A program made the translations under genes and the position numbers. Below are positions 42,850-54,230 of a stretch of DNA of 64,000 bases, in pieces (positions within the stretch are counted from its first letter, which is position 1; each line of letters opens with the position of its first letter). The notes under the pieces are model-generated. The model had not been told where the DNA came from. It made no database searches and worked only from the letters and a program-made list of their open reading frames with translations. The DNA is taken from sequence record MH494197.1; one strand, 5' to 3'. This DNA comes from Escherichia phage CMSTMSU.

Positions 42850-44014
42850 CTAATAGTTTACCAAGTTCAAAGAATGCAGCTTCAGCAGGAAGTCATAACC
42901 TTTCTCTTTGTAGTTATTCCATGCACTATCAAACTCGTCAACAAAACGGTTAGCATAATCTGGATTTTTAACTAATGCTTTATATACTGCCATTGCATGT
43001 TCAAAACCTTCTTTATCTGACCCAAACTCTTCCATCTCAGGACGATGAATGTATCCATCCATATCAACGGTATCAGGTAGATCTTCTTGCTCAGGCTCAA
43101 CATCTTTCTGTTCAACTGCACCTTCTTCATCTGCACGCTTTAGATAACCATCTGGTGTTACCTTCTCACCATGTTCGGCTTCATACTTTTTCATAGTGTT
43201 GAATGCAGCATCCATAGCTGTTACGAAGCGACTTTTCTCACCTTGTACATAAGATTTAAGTGCACTGTTAACTGCATCTGATACGAGCTTAACCTTATCG
43301 TCTTTACCTTCTAAACGGTTTTCAAGTTTAGCCAGTACATTCTTGACTTGCTGGGCATTAGCACGGTCTGCTTTACCAATACTATCAAAAGTTTTAAGAA
43401 TACCATCAAGACTTGCTTCACCCTGTTCAGGTTCTTTGGAATCTTCTTTGTGTGTACCTTCAAGTGCACGCATGATAGTACTGAATACTTCAGTAGGTTC
43501 AGTGCTCTTATTACCTTTCATTGCATCAAGTACAGCTTGTGCTTTACCTTTGAGTTCTTCTTTAGGAACTGCCTGTAGTGCTTTGACAATACCCTGAATC
43601 AACTGTGGTTTGTTAGCAAAGATCTTACCTAAGTTATCAGATAACTCTTTAACAGGGTTAGCTGCTTTAGGAGCTTCTGGTTTTGGTTCTTCTTTAGGAA
43701 CTGCTTGTTCTTTCTCAGCACGTTCCATATCAGCAAGGCGTTGTTTCTGTGTTGCGTTAAGAAGACCTAATGAGTTAACATAACGTAGCTTTTCTAGCTC
43801 AGTCATGTTCTCAGTACTCTTAACTTCACCTGCTTCTGCGTTTGCCTTACCAGCTAAACCTGTCCCTTGATTACGTGAACCACGTGACCCTGTCCTGCTT
43901 GGTAGCTATTTTGACGACGATTGCGTTCACTCCATTTATCAGAGTGACCTGCCATGTTCCCGCCATTTTTATCAGTAAATTGACGGCATTTGATTTCTCT
44001 CCATAGATTTCATA
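42850..44014 (-). CDS. highly charged Lys/Glu-rich protein (frame breaks at 5' end)
   Basis: Track ORF 42850..43806 extended upstream through shifted frames to ATG near 44014; contains LRYVNSLGLL. Confidence 0.45.
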
Positions 44015-44041
44015 TTGTTTATTCTCTATGACTATATTTAT

Positions 44042-44073
44042 AGTATAAAGAAAAGGTTGACCGAAGTCAACCC
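44042..44073 (-). promoter_or_regulatory. composite hairpin terminator with embedded promoter (TTGACT-17-TATACT)
   Basis: Minus-strand GGGTTGACTTCGGTCAACC hairpin then TTTTCTTTATACT. Confidence 0.5.
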
Positions 44074-44094
44074 TATTTTCACTGTACTATACCA

Positions 44095-44391
44095 TTAGTA
44101 GTTACAGTCAGCTTTCGCTGTGAATGTTTTACTTTCTCCGCGTTGTGTGGTGATTCGTCCGAGTAAAGTAGTTTTGTCAATAGTCATTGTAGTTAGTACT
44201 GGAACATTACCTTCAAAGTCAATAGCTTTGAAATTGTAGGTGGTTTCATTCTCCACTACACTTGGACCAAAGAGTTCATATGTGTTGATTTCAAGTGTGT
44301 CACCATCCGAACGCATCAGTGTACAGTCCAGATTAGGAGTAGCCAGTACAGGGAAAGCCAAACACATCATCATTGCAATAATTAATTTCAT
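44095..44391 (-). CDS. secreted hypothetical protein
   Basis: Track ORF 44095..44421 trimmed to MKLIIAMMMCLAFPVLA signal-peptide-like start. Confidence 0.5.
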   Translation of the reverse strand: MKLIIAMMMCLAFPVLATPNLDCTLMRSDGDTLEINTYELFGPSVVENETTYNFKAIDFEGNVPVLTTMTIDKTTLLGRITTQRGESKTFTAKADCNY

Positions 44392-44810
44392 TTCACTTCT
44401 CCTGTTTTTTCTTAGGATCAACCAATGACCAAATGAAGAATCCGAGAATTACAAGTACCCACAGAATCATGATAAAGAAAGCAAACAGTACAATAGTATT
44501 TGTCAAAAGAAATACAATAGAATGTTCGACCCAATACTACATACAATCAATGCAGCTTCATGTTTAACAACACGAATGGCTGTAATGAGTGCGGGAAGAA
44601 ATCCGACAAATAACAGTACTAACGCATATAGTGATAATGTTTCAGCCATGATATCCCTTATTTGGTTTGTTCAGCACTAGGTGTATTGATATAGGTGTCA
44701 ATTGAATAACATACTGTACCCACTACAACAGCAGCGATTAGGGCAGCGATGATGAATTTAGTACCTTGCATAATTTAATACCTCACGTTGTTTGTATTTT
44801 GTATCACTTG

Positions 44811-44843
44811 ATGAAAATATTATACGACAAAGGGCTGACCAAA
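44811..44843 (-). promoter_or_regulatory. composite hairpin terminator with embedded promoter (TTGACT-18-TATAAT)
   Basis: Minus-strand GGGTTGACTTTGGTCAGCCCTTTGTCGTATAAT; small membrane ORFs follow. Confidence 0.55.
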
Positions 44844-44936
44844 GTCAACCCTTTTAATTATTTTTAAACTTATGTTTTTCGCCTTCAATAGAGTTCACGA
44901 TGTCATCATGAATCTTGCGAAGGTTATGAGTTTTCT

Positions 44937-45239
44937 TTAGTGCTTCATGTAGTGCACGGAATGCTGCGTGTACTGTTGCCTTGAAGTGCTCTTTAGAGTC
45001 ACTTTAAGTTTCTCAATGATATCACGTACATAAATTGGATGTTCTTCAAATACACGATTCAATTCATGGCCTAGTGATTCTAAACTGAAAGCTTTTTCGC
45101 GTGAAGGACGATCATGTGCAAGACTTTGGTCAGGCTTTAGTAGACCTAGTGAATCAAGATACTTATGCTTATGTGCATTATCAATTCCAGAAATATCCAC
45201 ATCATGCGATGGATCTTTCTTATTCCATTTATCAACCAT
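44937..45239 (-). CDS. hypothetical charged protein (100 aa)
   Basis: Track ORF; contains YLDSLGLL, as in 42850..44014. Confidence 0.5.
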   Translation of the reverse strand: MVDKWNKKDPSHDVDISGIDNAHKHKYLDSLGLLKPDQSLAHDRPSREKAFSLESLGHELNRVFEEHPIYVRDIIEKLKVTLKSTSRQQYTQHSVHYMKH

Positions 45240-45354
45240 TTCATACTCCTTAAAGAGATAAATTACTTTAATATTTATACTTCATGTGCTGTTTATTTCT
45301 ACAGACACTTAAGATTATATCACGTAAGAAATGGTTGTCCCAAAGTCAAATCAG

Positions 45355-45790
45355 TACTGTTTAAGTTCTGAACTGAAGATAAAGGAATCCATATCTTCTA
45401 GTGTTAACTTCAAGTCCGGTGTGTACTTTAATATCACACATTCAGGTTTCTTAATGGCAGCTTGATAGGCAGCAATTGCCAACTGTTGAAGCTGCTCTGG
45501 CGTGTAGTTCATGCGTTCTGCATTGAATACGATGTTCTTAATATCACCACCGGCAGCTTCTCGAACTCACGCATAACAGCAGCCATCACATCATCAGATG
45601 TATTCTTATAAGCCCAATGAGGTAGTTGCATAACGTCATAAATCTCGCCATTGTCGTTCATAAGAGAGATCCATTTTTACCGTCCGATGAACTAAACAGA
45701 CGACCTTTAATAGCAATGTTCTCTACCAAATTAACAAAGGCAAATATGTCTTGCTCATTTAGCTCAATGCTATTAACGTTAATCCAACCC
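45355..45790 (-). CDS. hypothetical protein (frame breaks)
   Basis: Minus-strand ATG at 45790 (MGWINVNSIELNEQDIF...) continuing through two shifted frames to ...SSELKQY. Confidence 0.3.
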
Positions 45791-46375
45791 ATACTACATC
45801 TCCAGTTATAAATCACGAACGACATTCATTAAACACAATTTGGGCTTTATCGCATTCAAAACCCATATGCATTCTTTGTAAGTTGCTATTATAGCATCTA
45901 AATGCTCAGTTACAATGCTTTCTTGAAAATATTCTTCTTCATTGAGCTTTGCTAAATTAGTCACATCACATGTAGGTACTATAGTTCTGGATTGTACACC
46001 CATTCCATTATTGATATTGGTAAAATGTAAAATTTGTACTTCACCACACCGTTATCTACACTTATGATACATGTCAAATGTTCCAACTCAGTTAGTTCGG
46101 TATTACAAGTGACATGGATGAATCCAGCATTATAGGCTCTATAATCATCTACTAATATCTCAAAATCATTACGTTCAAATATAAGTGAAATGAGTTTGTC
46201 TTGTGGTTTAACCTTCTGAAATTTTAACGAATTTACGTATGATACTTTAATCTTAGATGAAATTATCTTTTACTAAGTGCAGTTAATTCTTCTTTAGCCT
46301 TAAAAGTTAAAGTTATAGGTCTAAATCTAGAACTTTTGTTCTTCTTTGATACTTTGAACTTACCTTTTCTATTCA

Positions 46376-46666
46376 TTAATTAAACCCCACATAAAGTAAA
46401 AGGGATGGCATATTACCAACCCTATATCTTTTATTTTTAATAGATTCATAAAGCAGAAACAACCAAATAAACATTGATGAACAAACTACTACTGGGATTA
46501 ATGTAAATTCAGTAAAGAATAAAAGTATTCCATAAGTTAGTATGCAACATAAGTTTACGTACATAATTGCTTCTGCATTTTTATTTTTCATTTTATATGC
46601 AATGAATGTTGGTGACCACATTACCAAAAATGCAAACAACGCACATATGATGATTATAGTTTCCAT
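46376..46666 (-). CDS. small membrane protein
   Basis: Track ORF; hydrophobic. Confidence 0.45.
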   Translation of the reverse strand: METIIIICALFAFLVMWSPTFIAYKMKNKNAEAIMYVNLCCILTYGILLFFTEFTLIPVVVCSSMFIWLFLLYESIKNKRYRVGNMPSLLLYVGFN

Positions 46667-46746
46667 ATTACACCTCCGTAAAATAATGTTCTGTACTGCT
46701 ATTATTTACAGAGAATATCTGAAAAATTGATCTGATCAATTTTTAG

Positions 46747-46959
46747 TCACTTTACAATTTGAATCTTTTTGTACTGAACAATCACATTGTTCTTAAGGAA
46801 GATGATGGTCCCATAGGAACCTTGGGCTGCAACTTCAACAATATGGTTCTTATATGTTTCAGTATATCCTTCCATCTCGTTGATACACACTACATGATAC
46901 TTTGGTTTAGCACATACAACAGTACTCAAGAATAGCAGTACTAGTACTAGATATTTCAT
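46747..46959 (-). CDS. secreted hypothetical protein (70 aa)
   Basis: Track ORF; signal-peptide-like MKYLVLVLLFLSTVVCA. Confidence 0.5.
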   Translation of the reverse strand: MKYLVLVLLFLSTVVCAKPKYHVVCINEMEGYTETYKNHIVEVAAQGSYGTIIFLKNNVIVQYKKIQIVK

Positions 46960-47009
46960 TTTATTACCTTATAAACAAGAACAGGAATCCTTTTACGGAT
47001 TCCTATAAT

Positions 47010-47303
47010 TTAGTCCTTTAATGTACCATTGTGTAAACGATTATACACATCATTGCGACGCAACTCAACAATATCTTCAGCGTACTTCATTGTAAACGCC
47101 CATGCTTTTGGATGCACATTAAGCTTCATACGAATGCGATTCTTCATCAATTCACCGCTTAGGCGAACAAACTCATGAACACCACGACTTCCGTACTCTG
47201 AAATCAAATCATTGATGTACATGTTGCGAAGGGTTTCGTCTGTACATTCTTTAACCATTTCTACGTCTGCCACGATGCTTGCATTTACTGAAGTACTGAT
47301 CAT
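47010..47303 (-). CDS. hypothetical protein (97 aa)
   Basis: Track ORF; AAGGT upstream of ATG. Confidence 0.5.
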   Translation of the reverse strand: MISTSVNASIVADVEMVKECTDETLRNMYINDLISEYGSRGVHEFVRLSGELMKNRIRMKLNVHPKAWAFTMKYAEDIVELRRNDVYNRLHNGTLKD

Positions 47304-47349
47304 TTTAAGTTACCTTATTTGAATTGGACTGTAATTTTATCACCTTCAA

Positions 47350-47577
47350 CTACGAACTTACAGTCGTAGCGACGGCCATATCCATGTACATATGCTCAGA
47401 ATACCACGGAACATCAATCTCAGGATGCTCTGCGTATTGTAGCACTTCACGGTCACCAACAGTAGTGATGACAAAGGAATGTTCATCTCTCGCAAAACAA
47501 CTCAGCACCGGTGAACGATTGACAAACTCAGTGTCGTTACGCAAAGTAAAACCATTGTATTGTAATTTAAGCTTCAT
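47350..47577 (-). CDS. hypothetical protein (75 aa)
   Basis: Track ORF; AGAGGA upstream of ATG. Confidence 0.45.
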   Translation of the reverse strand: MKLKLQYNGFTLRNDTEFVNRSPVLSCFARDEHSFVITTVGDREVLQYAEHPEIDVPWYSEHMYMDMAVATTVSS

Positions 47578-47591
47578 GATTATCCTCTAAG

Positions 47592-47825
47592 TTAATACCA
47601 TTCTTTTAAACCATCAAGTTCGGCTATGTGAGTAATTATAACACAGATAACACTCAGGTCAAGCATTATTTGCTCATAATTTAATTTTATTCTATCATCA
47701 TTGTATGCTCGAAAAACAACATCAAAGTCAAAGTAGTTATCGTTTTCATCATTCATTGGAATGATTCTATATCTACGTCTACCATCATCATTGAATACAG
47801 TCAAACACTGTTTGAATTTCTTCAT
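47592..47825 (-). CDS. hypothetical protein
   Basis: Track ORF 47592..47840 begins at a TTG; trimmed to first ATG (MKKFKQCLTVF...). Confidence 0.35.
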   Translation of the reverse strand: MKKFKQCLTVFNDDGRRRYRIIPMNDENDNYFDFDVVFRAYNDDRIKLNYEQIMLDLSVICVIITHIAELDGLKEWY

Positions 47826-47927
47826 TAACTGTGTAGTCAATGCATTGTAATATGCAACATCATATTGTGTACAACGTGGGTCATTGGGTAGATAAAACGA
47901 TACAAATTTTTTAATTCTATTTGAGTC

Positions 47928-48368
47928 TTATCCATATACAGCCTCATGTATTACTCTTTTACTTTGGCGGTACTCATCCTTTGCTTCTTTCACTGACATG
48001 ATACGAACCAGTTTAGCACTACCACAATAGTACTGAACCTGACTACGACCAATGTCAACATGACTATCAGGAACTTCATATACTGATACAGCAAACCCTG
48101 CACGATGTAATTTACCCAAGTCCATAGTAAAGAACTTAAACAAATCATTCAAACTCTGACAGCCAAATGCCCAGCCACGTTTGATTGAATAGATTCCATC
48201 TTCAGTTGGTTCTGGTTGGAATTGCGAAGGCGTGGTCATGCACAAACGGTCAAATCCATTTTTAGTACTGTATCGTGAAGAGTACCGTGCGAACGGACCT
48301 ACTGTTTTGCTGGATCTAAGTTAGGTTCAATATAACTGAATTTAAGTTCAAAACGATATACGTACATA
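47928..48368 (-). CDS. hypothetical protein (frame break)
   Basis: Track ORF 47928..48245 plus upstream ATG at 48368 (MYVYRFELKF...) in a shifted frame. Confidence 0.35.
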
Positions 48369-48395
48369 ATTAAAATCCCAGTATTTGATGAAATA

Positions 48396-48427
48396 ATTAT
48401 AACAAAAAGGCTGACCGAAGTCAACCT
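48396..48427 (-). promoter_or_regulatory. composite hairpin terminator with embedded promoter (TTGACT-17-TATAAT)
   Basis: Minus-strand AGGTTGACTTCGGTCAGCCTTTTTGTTATAAT. Confidence 0.55.
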
Positions 48428-48928
48428 TTATTTTGAAGTTCTTGAACTAATTGTCGTACTTCTTTGATGTTACGACACTGCTTTACAGTGAAGTAATCAT
48501 ACTTACGACCATAGGTTCTTGGATCATCACCTTCCATATACTGCTGCACATCAAAGATTTGTAAGTAGGGATGCTGCATAACACGAATGTTACCACATTG
48601 ATAAATCAACATATGTTTAGTCCTCATATTTACACAAGCCACCGAATGTTGCCTGTTTTGCTGCCTTACGCATCATCACAAGTTTAACATACTGTTCGCC
48701 ATTACTATCTTCATATACATCAACTTGAAGAAATGCAAGCATATTGGGATCAGTATCGTTCGAGTACTGCGTAAAACTAATGTCACCTACGGTATGTTCT
48801 TTAACAAAATTATACACTTCACCGTCGATATAAACGATAGTATGGTCATCGCTATCACCTTGGTAAATGTGTTTAATATCACCTTCAGTACAGACTAGTC
48901 CGTAATGGTTCTGCATAAGACATACCAC
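48421..48928 (-). CDS. hypothetical protein (frame break)
   Basis: Track ORFs 48617..48928 (starts at GTG) and 48421..48642 overlap in different frames and probably form one gene. Confidence 0.35.
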
Positions 48929-49018
48929 ATATAATCATACAAACAAAAACAAAATTACTTTCATGATTTGTTTCCTTTGGATAAAATGGATTTCTTCACT
49001 TTGTACTGCTTGTAGTTA

Positions 49019-49342
49019 TTATACCAAACATCGGTTACATAAATCAAGTACCAAAGTGATGGATATAATGATAGACCAATAAAACTGAAAAATACTTGTA
49101 TTAATAAAACCAATACAGTGCAGTGTAAATGCAACGATTAGAATACCAATCGTAATCATACTAGCTGAATATGGTACACTATCAGATGCGAACCATGAAT
49201 CAACCTTACTAATTAAAGTATACTTTCCAGTACTGACAGCATAAACAATTGCTGCTATACCAAATAATGCCATTGAAATAGTTATTACTGAGTTAATAAG
49301 AATCGGAGTAATTAATACATAAAGCATTACATCGTTTATCAT
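49019..49342 (-). CDS. small membrane protein (107 aa)
   Basis: Track ORF; multiple hydrophobic segments. Confidence 0.5.
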   Translation of the reverse strand: MINDVMLYVLITPILINSVITISMALFGIAAIVYAVSTGKYTLISKVDSWFASDSVPYSASMITIGILIVAFTLHCIGFINTSIFQFYWSIIISITLVLDLCNRCLV

Positions 49343-49525
49343 TTGTTATACCTTACAGTTCACAATGAATATTCAATTTATCAATGTCCTGATCGCGTTT
49401 ATTCGACGAATCTTGATAAATGACTATGTAAATATCCCCATCCTTTGTCTTGGGGTCCACTATCAATATTACATTTGCTATTATACCAGCATCTGATTTA
49501 TATGTCGATACCTTTTTATTCCCAA

Positions 49526-49747
49526 TCAAACTCTCGGCCTGAAACGGTAAACCTCATCATCTACGACAATATTGTTTCCATTTTGTGGGTCATTAGAAAG
49601 TACATGCCATGTTCCATCGTTTCCCATACAATCAAGGTAAGCAGGTACGGCTGTACTGAACCTTGAATAAAGCATGAATACTACAAACACCATTATCATT
49701 CTTATATATTTTTTCATTATAACCTCTAACGAGCAATACTTCTGCAC
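49526..49747 (-). CDS. secreted or membrane-anchored hypothetical protein (73 aa)
   Basis: Track ORF; hydrophobic N-terminus MKKYIRMIMVFVVFMLYS. Confidence 0.45.
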   Translation of the reverse strand: MQKYCSLEVIMKKYIRMIMVFVVFMLYSRFSTAVPAYLDCMGNDGTWHVLSNDPQNGNNIVVDDEVYRFRPRV

Positions 49748-49794
49748 ATATTATTTGTACAGAAGTATTTAATACTATTAGAGACTTTTGAACG

Positions 49795-50121
49795 TTACTT
49801 CTTACTAGTTAGTTTATCTTTCAAGATATCAACCCAAATGGAAACTTTACCAGCAAACAATGCATTAGTAAACCATACAATACCAACAATGTTCTCAACT
49901 AAATTCATAATTGAAACAAATGGTCCAATTGGTAATACAAAACTTACTAACCATGACAGTACTGAAATAAGTACTACAACGAAGAAGATTCGTGCAATGG
50001 GTGAGTCTAACATAAACAACTCACGAAACTCATCACGCTCGGTTTCGTCTTTAATGAAGAATTCGAAAACCATAACCCATAACAGAATTAGAGCAGGAAT
50101 TGAAATTAGAACTGATAACAT
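49795..50121 (-). CDS. small membrane protein (108 aa)
   Basis: Track ORF; hydrophobic. Confidence 0.5.
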   Translation of the reverse strand: MLSVLISIPALILLWVMVFEFFIKDETERDEFRELFMLDSPIARIFFVVVLISVLSWLVSFVLPIGPFVSIMNLVENIVGIVWFTNALFAGKVSIWVDILKDKLTSKK

Positions 50122-50179
50122 GTTTTATATCCTCAAGTTTAAGTGTTAAGTTTCAGACTACAAGAACCATTATACAGTA

Positions 50180-50422
50180 CTACAAACGTTTGTCAACAGG
50201 TTTTTCTTCAATAAGCATAAGATAACTGAAGACGAATAGTAATACAGATGCCATGTCAATAACCGTAAAGTTCACGGGAATGATAATAGACACTAGAACG
50301 AGTGCCACGTTTAGCAAGAATACCGTAGTGATATCCACCAGCTTTCGTTTAGTGGCTACTGCTACTAGTGTAGGGTAGAACATAAACAATAATGCGACTA
50401 CAAAACTCAATACTAGATACAT
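50180..50422 (-). CDS. small membrane protein (80 aa)
   Basis: Track ORF; ends ...LIEEKPVDKRL. Confidence 0.45.
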   Translation of the reverse strand: MYLVLSFVVALLFMFYPTLVAVATKRKLVDITTVFLLNVALVLVSIIIPVNFTVIDMASVLLFVFSYLMLIEEKPVDKRL

Positions 50423-50429
50423 TTCTTTT

Positions 50430-51072
50430 CACCTTAAGAAAATTATAACATAAAACAACCTCAACATCTGGCTCATCATACAAGTACTCAAAGCGTTCTT
50501 TACTACGCTTAGTACCGATGTACTCACCATTCTTATGCCAACGCCACCCACCACTCTCTGGTTGGTCAGACTTCAGTACTGGATGATAGCACAAGACAAT
50601 TTCTTCTGGACCTTCAATAAGGTTCTTGTACTTCGTCAAAATCTGTTCAAGCGTATCTGCTACACCATAAGATGGGTGCATAAGATAAGACTCAGGGCGT
50701 GCACGACCACTTGGTAGAATGTCATCAGTACTATTAAAGATAGCACGGAAGTCTTCTGACGTGTATAAACTTCCATCTTCATGGATCATGGGATACTCAT
50801 CCACTACATCATAATCAGTGAAGTGTTCAATCGCATGTCCGGTCTGTAACCTGCGAGGATACCTGTATGTTTCGTCTGTACAATAGTCATAACAGATGTA
50901 CTATTGTTTACATTAGGATCATGAATTTCAGCCCAAAAGGATGATGAGGATCAAATGTAGCATTAACTAAAGTACAATCACCAATGTAGTCGAAATTAGT
51001 TTCTTTAAAGTTTAAAGAAACACCACGCAATGCCCAATCAGGAGAAGTGATGAAATTAAGATTAACTAACAT
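50430..51072 (-). CDS. hypothetical protein (frame break, 3' end approximate)
   Basis: ATG at 51072 behind GAGGA (MLVNLNFITSPDWALRGVSL...) continues by frame break into track ORF 50349..50804. Confidence 0.4.
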
Positions 51073-51310
51073 AGTATCCTCAGTTGCGGTTGTTTTGATA
51101 CAGTTATTATATCAAAGACGTGTCAATTTGTACAACATTTATTGTAACTATTTCGTACATAAAATCAATTGCATTGAACTCTGCATACCACTCTACAATC
51201 TCACAAGCAGCATCAACTTGGTTTTCGCATTAACACGTCTGGCATAGGTGCTGCTCATTTTGAATCTACCATATTCATAGACATTGTAGACACCATGACA
51301 CCACCACATT

Positions 51311-51529
51311 TTAGTCATTAATGCTAGGCCATACAGTGAATTGTAAGTTCTGGTATTCGAATTTACCAATATCATTCTTCTTACGGAATGATTCTTCAAC
51401 CTGAATTTCTGCGTCGTACTGACCATCGGCCTTTACTACGTACTTAAAATTTTCTACATGTGAAAAACGATACCCGTCTCCGTCTTGCTTGGATACTTGA
51501 ACTGACCCTTCAACTAGATATAAATTCAT
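51311..51529 (-). CDS. hypothetical protein (72 aa)
   Basis: Track ORF; overlapping track ORF 51193..51426 may be its continuation. Confidence 0.4.
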   Translation of the reverse strand: MNLYLVEGSVQVSKQDGDGYRFSHVENFKYVVKADGQYDAEIQVEESFRKKNDIGKFEYQNLQFTVWPSIND

Positions 51530-51558
51530 TTGTCATTCTCCATCATATTCAGTGAGTA

Positions 51559-51753
51559 TTACACTATGTACTGTTTCAACATAGCGTTGTGTTTTGGTGT
51601 GTTGTACTTAGTTACTTCATCAAACAATTTAAATAGTGCATGTGTTGGACTTAATGCACGAACAAACACATCAATCTTCTGTACTTCTTTCTTATAGCCA
51701 CGTACATTATTAAACTCAGACACATGCTCATAAACAATGTAGTAACGATTCAT
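51559..51753 (-). CDS. hypothetical protein (64 aa)
   Basis: Track ORF. Confidence 0.4.
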   Translation of the reverse strand: MNRYYIVYEHVSEFNNVRGYKKEVQKIDVFVRALSPTHALFKLFDEVTKYNTPKHNAMLKQYIV

Positions 51754-52007
51754 ATATTAAGTAGTTCCATAAATTCATCGATCAAGGAAGTTCTAATGCA
51801 CATAACAAATTCAAAATCAACATCGATAGTATCGAGTAGTTTGAACAACTTTGGTACATTTGGGTCATTCAACTGGAAGTTATGAATCAAGCTCTGTTGA
51901 AACACACTTTCTTCAGTACTGTAATCAATAACAAAATATTCAGCTACACGGTGGTGAATAAACATCATATAATATCTGACGTTTATTGTGTGTTTCTGAA
52001 CCGACAA
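51750..52007 (-). CDS. hypothetical protein (85 aa)
   Basis: Track ORF; start overlaps upstream stop. Confidence 0.4.
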   Translation of the reverse strand: MSVQKHTINVRYYMMFIHHRVAEYFVIDYSTEESVFQQSLIHNFQLNDPNVPKLFKLLDTIDVDFEFVMCIRTSLIDEFMELLNI

Positions 52008-52261
52008 TATATAAGTTCTATTTCATACGAACCTGCCGAGGATCTATCATAAAACACAATTTCAGTACTGATTATTTCACTACCATCACTTCGTTCATGA
52101 AAACATACATCGGCATATCGTTTACCATTGGGCTTCAAAATCTCATGAGTTGTTTTACCATAACATTTATCAGTTTCAATGTGAATTTTGTCTTGATATT
52201 CAGAACGTCTTACATCATTTCCACGATTAAACAATAAGATCAACAACTCATTAATATCCAT
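51983..52261 (-). CDS. hypothetical protein (92 aa)
   Basis: Track ORF. Confidence 0.4.
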   Translation of the reverse strand: MDINELLILLFNRGNDVRRSEYQDKIHIETDKCYGKTTHEILKPNGKRYADVCFHERSDGSEIISTEIVFYDRSSAGSYEIELIYCRFRNTQ

Positions 52262-52515
52262 TATTTCGCCTCGATAACCTTAAGGTTAACAAAATCACCT
52301 TTTACTTTCATGCATTTGAATTCAGTGCGAGTTTCATCCCCACTATCGCGAGGCCAATGAGTAGCAGAGTAGCACTGGTCAGGCGTTTTATATACACCTT
52401 CACCAATAGTACGAGTGATCTCACCATTGGTGAGAACTACTGCGAGATATAAAGTAAGCATGGGAATTCCTATAAAATTTATTAATAATAATAGCACCCA
52501 AACCAAGTACTGCAA
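52261..52515 (-). CDS. membrane-anchored hypothetical protein (84 aa)
   Basis: Track ORF; hydrophobic N-terminus. Confidence 0.45.
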   Translation of the reverse strand: MQYLVWVLLLLINFIGIPMLTLYLAVVLTNGEITRTIGEGVYKTPDQCYSATHWPRDSGDETRTEFKCMKVKGDFVNLKVIEAK

Positions 52516-52610
52516 TAATTGAAGATACCCACATTACCGCATTCACTGCACCAGTAAGTTCTTTATCAAACTCCTGCACTTCTTGCGGTAATCTTCCCAC
52601 TCTTTGTTAT

Positions 52611-52826
52611 TCACACTGCCACTCCTAATAGGTCGGTAGCTTTCTTCAGTACTACGTCAATTGTTTCCAGTACTGCACCTTTGTGTTCAATTGATACAAT
52701 ATTATTATAAGTATCAAGGTCCAAGTACTCCATGTATTCAGTTTTGAATACACGAACATCAGTACTAGTGATTTTAATATCACAACCTTTATCCCAAATA
52801 ACCTGCATCATTTCATTGGTAGTCAT
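52611..52826 (-). CDS. hypothetical protein (71 aa)
   Basis: Track ORF. Confidence 0.4.
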   Translation of the reverse strand: MTTNEMMQVIWDKGCDIKITSTDVRVFKTEYMEYLDLDTYNNIVSIEHKGAVLETIDVVLKKATDLLGVAV

Positions 52827-53083
52827 TATTCAACCTTATCATAAACAAGTTTGTGTGTGCTTAGTACTTTGTTGAGATGTCGGGCATTCATATACATACA
52901 ATCGCTCTGACGTTTTTCCCAACCACCACAGATACGACCTGATTGTGTACATATTTCATACTCGTTAATAAAAGACTTACCTGTGAATGTACAATCCTGA
53001 CGAACTAAGTCTTTTGCACTAAACCTGCCGTCATCATTACATGCTGTAAGAAACATTGTACAGAATACAAAGACCACAGTCAA
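52826..53083 (-). CDS. putative lipoprotein (85 aa)
   Basis: Track ORF; N-terminus MTVVFVFCTMFLTAC has a lipobox-like LTAC. Confidence 0.45.
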   Translation of the reverse strand: MTVVFVFCTMFLTACNDDGRFSAKDLVRQDCTFTGKSFINEYEICTQSGRICGGWEKRQSDCMYMNARHLNKVLSTHKLVYDKVE

Positions 53084-53460
53084 TAGTTTTTAATCATTGA
53101 ACATCACCCCAACGGAAGCCCTTCATATAATTCAAATTCACCTCAACTAGTTCATGTGTTTTGTACACCAAATTGAGAGAGTTTTTGTAACATCACCGGT
53201 TCAGATTCATAATTCACACAATACCCTTCGATTCGGAGAACATTGTTAGTCCATGACTCCACTCAATCCAAATTTCATTTGGATAATAAACCATATCTTC
53301 GTTGAACGTATGGAATTGGTCCATTGGTAAGTGACCTTCAACTTCAATTACTTCAGCACTTCGTGCCAGTTTTCAAGCTTGTACTTTATTTCAGCAAGAA
53401 ATTCTTCATTATTCAGACGAGTTAAATCACCTGCTACACGTGTTGTATCAAGGCTCATTG

Positions 53461-53706
53461 TTATTCTCCATGAATTACGGAAGTGTTGATTCGTGTTTTA
53501 CCGCTAGTGTATCCAGTACTTGTATTTGCATTAGGACAATAAACTGTATACAAGGTTACGTCAGCACCGTCCTTTTGCATACGATAAATCTTACATCCGG
53601 CTTCTTTTAATTCAGTCGGGAGAATAAAATCACTTGTGCGTTCTTTGGTTGAAGCATCACATGCAGTGAGTAAAAATGCGACGAGTACTGCTACGATATA
53701 TTTCAT
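53461..53706 (-). CDS. putative lipoprotein (81 aa)
   Basis: Track ORF; N-terminus MKYIVAVLVAFLLTAC has a lipobox-like LTAC. Confidence 0.5.
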   Translation of the reverse strand: MKYIVAVLVAFLLTACDASTKERTSDFILPTELKEAGCKIYRMQKDGADVTLYTVYCPNANTSTGYTSGKTRINTSVIHGE

Positions 53707-54014
53707 TAACGAACCTCCACTTCTTGAGAAAGAGCATGAGTCAGTGCATTTGAATTCGAACCATTCATTTCACGCTGACATACAAACATAATGGCATCTT
53801 GTACTGAACCTGCGATTTCATACTCACGACCTTCTGGATCAGTTACCAGATGTTCAACGATACAACCACCTCTCAGTACAGAAGCACCAGTACTTACACT
53901 AATTCTGTAACCTAAGAAATCAAACTGCATACATGCGTCAGTAGGTTTCATCCAATAACCGCTGTTTTGATTCAAATCGATGATTACAAAACCTTGAGTG
54001 TTAGTTTGAAACAT
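53706..54014 (-). CDS. hypothetical protein (102 aa)
   Basis: Track ORF. Confidence 0.45.
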   Translation of the reverse strand: MFQTNTQGFVIIDLNQNSGYWMKPTDACMQFDFLGYRISVSTGASVLRGGCIVEHLVTDPEGREYEIAGSVQDAIMFVCQREMNGSNSNALTHALSQEVEVR

Positions 54015-54230
54015 AGTTAATTCCTCATTTAATTTAAAGGGCGGGAACGCAGTGACGAGTACGATTATGCTGTCTTTCCTTTCACTGCATTCCCTTTGAT
54101 ATAAACATTATACAGTACTGATATCTTATGTCAAGTATTAATCACCAAAAATCATCAGATACCCAAACCAACCCACACAGATGACTAAGCTAACAATACC
54201 AAAGATAATCTCTAAAGTCATGTTACATCC

